Shown in pieces: positions 57,094 through 64,000 of a stretch of 64,000 bases of DNA (its first letter is position 1; every line of letters begins with the position of its first letter). The DNA is taken from positions 3,232,001 through 3,296,000 of the forward strand of contig OY781964.1 in the NCBI GenBank assembly GCA_963677485.1, given 5' to 3'. The position numbers and the translations under genes were made by a program. Source of the DNA: Armatimonadota bacterium (GTDB lineage Bacteria > Armatimonadota > HRBIN16). The notes under the pieces were generated by a model. That model saw only the letters and a list, made by a program, of their open reading frames with translations, was not told the origin of the DNA and did not search any database.

Positions 57094-60000
57094 ATGAGTA
57101 TAAGCATACTTCATATCGAGGATGACGTTGTCGAGCAAGTGAGTTTGGTTAGGACCTTTAAGAAGGCACATCCAGATTATGTCTGCAAGGCGGTGAGAAG
57201 CATTGCGGACGCTCGAACCATTCTGGCCCGCGAACACTTTGATGCCATCATCGCTGACTACTTCCTTGAAGACGGCTGTGCGTCTGATCTGCGAGCTGAT
57301 ATCGGCGACATCCCGTTAATCATGGTTACTGGTTTTGGTAATGAGAGCATCGCCATGAACGCGTTGCGGCAGGGTGCTGTGGACTATCTCATAAAGGACA
57401 CTGAGCGATCATACCTTAACGCGTTGCCCAATGCTGTAGACAAGGCCATCCAACATCGTGACACCATTCAGCAGTTAAAGTTGCTTGGACAAACGGTGGA
57501 AAACGCGTCTGACGTGATTGTGATCACTGATGCGGCCTACAACATAGTATTTGTGAACCGCTCATTTGAAGAGCTTTACGGGTTGGCAAGCAGTGAGGTC
57601 ATAGGCCTCAATGTAGCCGATGTGTTTCAAGAGTCCACCCCATCAGACAGCACCCCCCAGAAAGATAAACAAGCCATTCTTGATACGTGCCATCGGCTGA
57701 AATCCGGCCGGATTATCAATGTGCTGGTCAGCAACTCTTCTACTGTAGGAACTGATGGACGGCCCAACGCGCATTCATATGTAGTTCGCGATGTGACTCG
57801 TCTGCGGCAGGCTGAGGAAGAATTGATCTCGCAACGCAACGACTTGGTGCGTCAGCGTGACCTGTTGAATGCGATCCTAGATAACAGCCAGTCGTTCATC
57901 GTAGTGCTTGACAGCAATCTGAAAATCATGTTGACCAATCAAGCTGTCGCAAGTGAGATGGGCATCTCTGTTGAGCAACTCACAGGTTGTCACTATGCAG
58001 ATCGTCTTGTGACTCCAGCCGGTCGTGACCAATCGGTAGCTGCGATGCGCGGATTGTTTGTTACAGGCGGTCCTTTGGTAGGTAATTCAGACTGGGTGAA
58101 TGCGGCGGGCCAAACCAGGACGATCTATTGGAACGTCATGCTGGCCCAGTTGCCATTTGTCGAGGGCGCCTGTGCAGTGGCAGGGGGGCGTGATGTCACT
58201 GAAGTGATGGCGGCCCAAAAGGAGATGACCCGGCTGTCCAGTGCCCTTAACCAGATTGGAACCGCCATCTGTGTGACCGATGTTCAAGGGTGTGTGGAGT
58301 ATGTCAACCGTGGGTTTACCACATTGATAGGTCTTGATCCCGAGCAGGCAGTTGGCCAAAAGCTTAAGGATCTTGATATTTTTATGCTTCCCCCGGGCAG
58401 TGATGAGCTGTGGCACCAAGTGAGGGATCTGCACCAGGAGGTGACCCTTGAGTCGCAGGTAAGGCGTGCTGATAAGTCACAAGCATGGGTGCAAGTCACC
58501 GTCAGTCCTGTGAAGACACCCCGTGACCTGTTGGAAGGCTTCATGTTGATCGTGACGAATATCATGGATTCTCGTGAGATGCAGCAGAACCTGCTGCGCG
58601 AAAAAGAGTTGTTGAATGTCACGGTCCAATCTATCCGTGATGGAGTGATCTCTGTAGACAAAGATGGTCACCTAGTGATGATCAACCGATCGGCCTGTGA
58701 AATTCTTGGCCAACCGGAAGCCCAGTTACTCGGCGTGCTTTTACAGGATGTGATGCATATCCGCTGGGAAGAGAGCGATGAGATCATTGATGTGAGCTTA
58801 GACCAATGTGGTCCTACCGCGTCGAAGTCGGTGTTTGGCCAGGTGACATTGGCATCTAGCAGTGAGCAGGAAATGCTGCTGCAGATCGATATGAACACCC
58901 TGCATGATCAGGATTCTGTGCGGACAGGGGCCGTGCTGGTGTTTCGTGATGTGACGAAAAGCGAGCAGATCGACCGTGAATTGCGCCGCATGAACAAGCT
59001 GGAGTCCATCAGCCTTTTAGCTGGAGGAATCGCCCACGACTTCCGCAACATACTCACACCAGTCTTAGGTGACATCTCAATGGTCAAGGAGAGCCTGGCC
59101 AATGATGATCCACTGGCGGTAGACCTGACACATGCAGAACGAGGCTGCCAGAGAGCGGCCAATCTGGCTACCCAGCTTCTTATCTTTGCACGCGGGGGGT
59201 CGCCGGTAAGGCACCCCATGAACTTGACGGTAACCGCGATGCAGGCTGGCGAATTTGCCACCAGCGGAAGCAGCTGCAGGGTTGTCAACGTGATAGACCC
59301 CGAGCTATGGGCTGTGGAGGCCGATGAAGGCCAGGTTTTCCAGATTCTGCATAACTTGATCATCAATGCCCGGATTGCCTTGAATGATCAGGGTGAAGTG
59401 TTGGTGCGCATCAACAATACCATCCTTGCGGAAGACGAAATCCCTTTGTTGAGAGCAGGGCGGTATGTCAAGATCGAGGTAGAAGACCATGGCCCGGGGA
59501 TTTCGCCGGACGTGATGCCTTTGATTTACGACCCCTTCTTTACGACTCGGCCTGATGGTCGCGGGTTGGGACTGGCTATTGTGTATAGCGTCGTTCGTAA
59601 CCATGATGGCATCATACAGGTTGAATCCGTGCTAGGGGAAGGGACCACCTTTACCGTATATCTTCCCGCCACAGACATGCCCTCCAGCAGCCTGGTAGAC
59701 ACTAACGCCCAGATGGTACGCGGTACCGGACGCATATTGATGATGGACGATGAACTGCCCATTCTGGAGTTTATGACCAAGCTGGTGTCGAAACTGGGGT
59801 ATGAACCCATCACTTCAGAAAATGGGGAGCAAGCCATTGCCAGGTATAAAGCTGCAATGGATGTTGGAACCCCCTTCAATCTGGTCATCATGGACTTGAC
59901 GATTCCTGGAGGCATGGGCGGACGTGAAACCATCAAGGAGTTAATCCGGATAGACCCTGAAGTCAAGGCGATTGTAGCCAGCGGTTATTCTAATGATCCT

Positions 60001-60102
60001 ATTCTGAGCGATCCTGCCACCTACGGCTTTAAAGGTGCCATCACGAAACCATTCCGAATTAAAGAGATGTCTGCACTGATTGCTAAAGTTTTGCAAGCGT
60101 AG
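57094..60102 (+). CDS. Hybrid histidine kinase REC-PASx4-HisKA-HATPase-REC (CckA-like)
   Basis: HIEDD/ADY/YLIK receiver; AGGIAHDFRN; FFTTRPDGRGLGL; C-terminal MDDE/MDLTIP/TKPF receiver. Confidence 0.93.
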   Translation: MSISILHIEDDVVEQVSLVRTFKKAHPDYVCKAVRSIADARTILAREHFDAIIADYFLEDGCASDLRADIGDIPLIMVTGFGNESIAMNALRQGAVDYLIKDTERSYLNALPNAVDKAIQHRDTIQQLKLLGQTVENASDVIVITDAAYNIVFVNRSFEELYGLASSEVIGLNVADVFQESTPSDSTPQKDKQAILDTCHRLKSGRIINVLVSNSSTVGTDGRPNAHSYVVRDVTRLRQAEEELISQRNDLVRQRDLLNAILDNSQSFIVVLDSNLKIMLTNQAVASEMGISVEQLTGCHYADRLVTPAGRDQSVAAMRGLFVTGGPLVGNSDWVNAAGQTRTIYWNVMLAQLPFVEGACAVAGGRDVTEVMAAQKEMTRLSSALNQIGTAICVTDVQGCVEYVNRGFTTLIGLDPEQAVGQKLKDLDIFMLPPGSDELWHQVRDLHQEVTLESQVRRADKSQAWVQVTVSPVKTPRDLLEGFMLIVTNIMDSREMQQNLLREKELLNVTVQSIRDGVISVDKDGHLVMINRSACEILGQPEAQLLGVLLQDVMHIRWEESDEIIDVSLDQCGPTASKSVFGQVTLASSSEQEMLLQIDMNTLHDQDSVRTGAVLVFRDVTKSEQIDRELRRMNKLESISLLAGGIAHDFRNILTPVLGDISMVKESLANDDPLAVDLTHAERGCQRAANLATQLLIFARGGSPVRHPMNLTVTAMQAGEFATSGSSCRVVNVIDPELWAVEADEGQVFQILHNLIINARIALNDQGEVLVRINNTILAEDEIPLLRAGRYVKIEVEDHGPGISPDVMPLIYDPFFTTRPDGRGLGLAIVYSVVRNHDGIIQVESVLGEGTTFTVYLPATDMPSSSLVDTNAQMVRGTGRILMMDDELPILEFMTKLVSKLGYEPITSENGEQAIARYKAAMDVGTPFNLVIMDLTIPGGMGGRETIKELIRIDPEVKAIVASGYSNDPILSDPATYGFKGAITKPFRIKEMSALIAKVLQA

Positions 60103-60137
60103 GGATATAAGAATGATGATACCGTTGGTAAGCTGTC

Positions 60138-62753
60138 ATGTCGACTAAGCAAGGAGATGCGCCGACACTCCGCGATATGCTGATGGGAACATATCGAAAA
60201 ATGGGTTTTTACCCATTGCTGGGCATTCAGGTGGTTCTGGTTGTTGTCTACTTTGCGGCGATGAGCTTGTATGGGCGTACCGCTCGCGGCTTGATACTAG
60301 AGAAGGTTCAGGCTCAGATGCAGAGCATTGCTCGGGCAAAAGCGGCTAGCATCGAAACGACGACGAGTAAAGTCTATAGCGTGACAGAGTTGTTTCAGAA
60401 GGAATACGCGCGTCTGTTTGCCCACCCAGAGAGCTTCCCACAACCTAATCCGGTGCCCGCATTTCAAAAAGCACCAAATGGTGTTACCTATAAACCAGTT
60501 GATAACGGCGGATCTTATGTGTGGTATAGCAATATCACACCACAAGGTGCCGAACAACAGCAAAAGCGCCTGTTTACCGAAGCCTTAGACCCCATCGCGA
60601 AAAACATCATGCATTCCGACCCTGCGATTGTGGCTGTATACCTGAACACATACGACAGCATGTGCCGGTATTATCCGTATGTCAAGGATGTGTGGAAGTG
60701 GGCTGGATATAAGGCTGATATGCGTATCCCTCGGTTTAACTTCTACTATCTGGCTGATGCGAAACACAACCCCAGTAGAAAGCCGGTGTGGACCCGTGCC
60801 TACCTTGACCCTGCCGGGCAAGGATGGACTGTCAGCTGCATCGCTCCTATATACCGGGGTAACTTCCTTGAAGGCGTCGCGGGATTAGATATCACCATTA
60901 AGCAGATGGTCAAGCGTTTGTTTAATGAAGCACTACCATATGGTGCGCAGGCAATGCTGGTGGATCAAAATGGTACGATTTTAGCGATGCCTGTCCAGGT
61001 GGCCAGCTGGCTTGGATTGAAGGAGATGACGGAGCCCCTTTATACCAATCCTGTGACCCACACGGTGAATAAGCCTGATCAGTTTAACTTGCTGAAAGCC
61101 AGCCACGGAGGCATCGGTCAGGCGTTCCGTCCACTGATCACCGGACAAGCTGATGTGGGCGAGTTGATGATTCAGGGCAAGCCTTTTGTTTTAGCCTCCA
61201 GCGCCATCGGTAGTTCCGGCTGGAAGGTCGTGACGCTGGTCGATCGCGATGTCGTTTACCAACCCGTCATGGAACTGCAGTACCAGGTGAATGGGCTTGG
61301 TGCGTCCGCGTTGATCATTGCTATTTTGCTGACAGTTCTGGTGTGGGGCTTGCTGGATGATCGTTCGAATAAACTCGCTCAGCATATCAGTACGCCGATC
61401 GAACAGTTGGTTGCGGCATCTACTGCGATCGCAAAGGGTATCGGGCTGCCACGGGTTGAGGCATCAGGTATTTCCGAGGTTGACTTTTTGTCAAGTAACT
61501 TTGCCCGCATGGCCAAAGTGCTGAAGGCCGATGCGCAGCGCAAGCAGCACTATACAAGCCGGTTAAAGACTGTGCATGAACTGACGAATGACCCAGAACT
61601 GAACTTCGACCAAAAGCAGCGGCAACTTCTGCAGATGATCCAGCGGGAGATGGAGCTGACCAGTATCACGCTGGTGCAGCAACAGGCCACTGGGCTCGAG
61701 GCTGTCTGCAGCGCAGGCACTGCTGTCTGGCCGGATGGCTGCAGTGTAGCGATTGATGGACTGACACGGACCGAAGGCACGGAAGTGATGGCTTGTCAGA
61801 TGAGCTGCGCGGACGAGTCGACGATGAACCTGGTGCCGGTGTTGTGGATACCTTACATGGTGGATGGCATGGTGACTGGGGGCGTAGCCTGCCGGTTCGA
61901 GGCCGATCACAATGATGCTGAAGCAAATGATATGGAACTTCTGCAGATGGTGGCTCAGTGGTACGGATTTGAACGGGAACGCCATGAAGCCGAGATCCGC
62001 CGAAGGCTCCTGATGACCGACTTGCAGGCGGTCAACAAGGAACTCAGCGAGTTTGCCTACATGGCTTCGCATGACCTCAAGGCACCGCTGCGTTCTATCA
62101 GCAGTTTAGCCGACTGGCTGATGAACGACTACTCAGCAACCGTAGATGAGCAGGGACGCGAAATCATGGAACTGCTGGTAAATAGGGTGCGCCGCATGCA
62201 TTTGCTGGTTGAGGGCGTGTTGAATTACGCTAGAATCGGCAAATCACATGAACGCACGGAGCTTCTTGATATCGACTTAATCGTGAGGGAGATATTTGAA
62301 GGTCTCAACAGCGAGCATCGTCACCACTTGGAGGTGGTTGGCAAGCTGCCTCAGTTTGTGGCCTCAAAAACGAGTATTGAGCAACTATTCTTGAATTTAC
62401 TTGATAATGCTGTTAAATATATGGACAAAGAGCACGGCGTGGTCACTGTGGCCTGTGAAGAGGCTGGTGATATGTACGAGTTCGCCATATCGGATAACGG
62501 TCAGGGCATACCGGAGCAATATCGTGAAGGTGTGTTCAGTATTCTGCAGACAATGAAGCTGCGGGGCAACAATGACAGTACAGGCATCGGCCTGGCTCAT
62601 GCTAAGAAAATTGTCGATCTGTATAACGGAAAGATATGGCTTCAGAGTGGTGAAGGCAAAGGCGCAACATTCCGTTTCCGAATACCCAAGAACCCAATAG
62701 CTCAGCTATCCGATAAGCAAGATGATATCACACTGCAAGATGCCACCAGTTAA
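60138..62753 (+). CDS. Membrane dCache-HAMP-GAF-like histidine kinase
   Basis: Two TMs flanking WTRAYLDPAGQGWTVSCIAPIY (dCache), HAMP, FAYMASHDLKAPLR, NLLDNAVKY. Confidence 0.92.
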   Translation: MSTKQGDAPTLRDMLMGTYRKMGFYPLLGIQVVLVVVYFAAMSLYGRTARGLILEKVQAQMQSIARAKAASIETTTSKVYSVTELFQKEYARLFAHPESFPQPNPVPAFQKAPNGVTYKPVDNGGSYVWYSNITPQGAEQQQKRLFTEALDPIAKNIMHSDPAIVAVYLNTYDSMCRYYPYVKDVWKWAGYKADMRIPRFNFYYLADAKHNPSRKPVWTRAYLDPAGQGWTVSCIAPIYRGNFLEGVAGLDITIKQMVKRLFNEALPYGAQAMLVDQNGTILAMPVQVASWLGLKEMTEPLYTNPVTHTVNKPDQFNLLKASHGGIGQAFRPLITGQADVGELMIQGKPFVLASSAIGSSGWKVVTLVDRDVVYQPVMELQYQVNGLGASALIIAILLTVLVWGLLDDRSNKLAQHISTPIEQLVAASTAIAKGIGLPRVEASGISEVDFLSSNFARMAKVLKADAQRKQHYTSRLKTVHELTNDPELNFDQKQRQLLQMIQREMELTSITLVQQQATGLEAVCSAGTAVWPDGCSVAIDGLTRTEGTEVMACQMSCADESTMNLVPVLWIPYMVDGMVTGGVACRFEADHNDAEANDMELLQMVAQWYGFERERHEAEIRRRLLMTDLQAVNKELSEFAYMASHDLKAPLRSISSLADWLMNDYSATVDEQGREIMELLVNRVRRMHLLVEGVLNYARIGKSHERTELLDIDLIVREIFEGLNSEHRHHLEVVGKLPQFVASKTSIEQLFLNLLDNAVKYMDKEHGVVTVACEEAGDMYEFAISDNGQGIPEQYREGVFSILQTMKLRGNNDSTGIGLAHAKKIVDLYNGKIWLQSGEGKGATFRFRIPKNPIAQLSDKQDDITLQDATS

Positions 62754-62838
62754 CCAGCTATAGCTGTCTGACTTAAGTGAGATTCGCGGGTATACTACCT
62801 ATACAGTGCCTGAATGCTATGTAATACGCGAGGAGACC

Positions 62839-63249
62839 ATGAACACGAGAAAGAGCATACTTTTAGTTGAGGACGATAAAGTAGATGCGATGACAGTGAA
62901 ACGCGCATTGCGCGAGATTAATGTCACCAATCTGCTGGCGACCGTCAATGATGGTGAGCAAGCACTTGAATATCTTCGTAATAAAGATAACGAAAGGCCA
63001 GCCATCATTCTTTTAGATCTGAATATGCCCAAAATGAATGGCATTGAGTTACTAAAACACATGAAAGCCGACGTTGATCTGCGCAGCATTCCCGTCATTG
63101 TGTTGACGACCTCCAAAGCTGACCAGGACCGGATTGAGAGCTTTAAGCTTAGTGTGGCGGGTTACATGCTGAAGCCGGTTGATTATATCCAATTTGTTGA
63201 GGTTATGCGCACGATCAATATCTATTGGACACTGAGTGAGTTGCCCTGA
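62839..63249 (+). CDS. Single-domain response regulator (Rcp1-like)
   Basis: LLVEDD, LLDLNMPK, LTTS, YMLKP, YWTLSELP; AGGAG RBS. Confidence 0.95.
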   Translation: MNTRKSILLVEDDKVDAMTVKRALREINVTNLLATVNDGEQALEYLRNKDNERPAIILLDLNMPKMNGIELLKHMKADVDLRSIPVIVLTTSKADQDRIESFKLSVAGYMLKPVDYIQFVEVMRTINIYWTLSELP

Positions 63250-64000
63250 TGCCAACGGATGAACTGCTCAGCCACCAAGTCAGACACCGAATTCTCTATG
63301 TAGAGGATGACCGGGTCGACCAGATGGCTTTTAAGCGCTTGGTCAGAGATCAAGAACTGAACTATGACTATGTGATCGCTGGGTCAATAGCTGAAGCCAA
63401 AGAGGTGCTTGCGGTTTCCCAGTTTGATGTGGTTCTGACCGACTATTTCCTGGGTGACGGCACCGCCTTTGATATCATCGACCTCGTGAAAGAAACGCCC
63501 ATCATCTTCGCCACAGGTACCGGCGATGAGAAGGTGGCGGTGGAGGCGATGCGCAGGGGTGCGCGTGACTACCTGATCAAAGACCCTGACCGAAGCTACC
63601 TGACGGTTCTTCCGCTTACCGTTGATAAGGTGATTGAGGAGCGTAACCGCGACCGAGAACTGCGGATGCTGTCTCAAGCGATCAAGAGCATTCATGACAG
63701 CGTGTTTATTACAGACCTGAGCAATAGAATCATCTTTACCAACCGGGCGTTTTGTGAAACATATGGGTATGAAGAGACACAGATACTCGGTGCGAATACT
63801 TCGCTATTGTGGATGGACGAATCCGATAACGAGCTTGTCAATGACCGTTCTCGCATAGCTGAAGGTGAATATTACCATAAGCGAAGTAATGGAGAGAATT
63901 TCCCGGTGCTCCTTTCATGGTCATTTATCGAAGATCAGGAGCGTCAGCAGTTCGCTATCGTTGGGGTCTCACGCGATATCACTGAACGGAAGCAGGCCGA
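63249..64000 (+). CDS. REC-PAS signalling protein (partial; runs off window edge)
   Basis: Not in ORF track. ATG overlaps the previous TGA: MPTDELLSHQVRHRILYVEDDRVDQMAFKR...LTDYFLGDG...DYLIKD then PAS; paralogous to the N-terminus of 57094..60102. Confidence 0.9.
   Translation, partial: MPTDELLSHQVRHRILYVEDDRVDQMAFKRLVRDQELNYDYVIAGSIAEAKEVLAVSQFDVVLTDYFLGDGTAFDIIDLVKETPIIFATGTGDEKVAVEAMRRGARDYLIKDPDRSYLTVLPLTVDKVIEERNRDRELRMLSQAIKSIHDSVFITDLSNRIIFTNRAFCETYGYEETQILGANTSLLWMDESDNELVNDRSRIAEGEYYHKRSNGENFPVLLSWSFIEDQERQQFAIVGVSRDITERKQA

Overview
Bacterial chromosomal window, about 55-60% GC by eye. A PEP-CTERM protein, a C-terminal dockerin-like tail and many secreted glycan-active proteins suggest Armatimonadota or a similar lineage (inference). 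From left to right: sugar kinases with a Tat-type amidohydrolase; a PEP-CTERM protein; two tandem TolB-like/PKD/LamG paralogues; a giant RCC1/IPT surface protein cut from its dockerin-like tail by one in-frame TGA and bracketed by a duplicated 3' end of the neighbouring GDPD gene; a GH-A clan/CBM9 protein; two tandem GH71/99-like paralogues; a stand-alone Septu-like ATPase+HNH pair; a HAD / IDR-GH42-like / TlpA gene string; an AspT/YidE transporter; a GntR-LacI regulator with a GH2 beta-mannosidase; an ABC pair; an ATPase-DUF234 nuclease; a PIG-L deacetylase; a TerB_C / DUF2791(BrxD-like) / Lhr-like helicase triad; DnaJ-TPR and GspF/PilC genes; and a 12-kb two-component cluster. Intergenic DNA holds several distinct REP/MITE-like palindrome families. 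No rRNA, tRNA, CRISPR array, integrase, transposase or reverse transcriptase was recognised. All family calls come from motif reading, not database searches.
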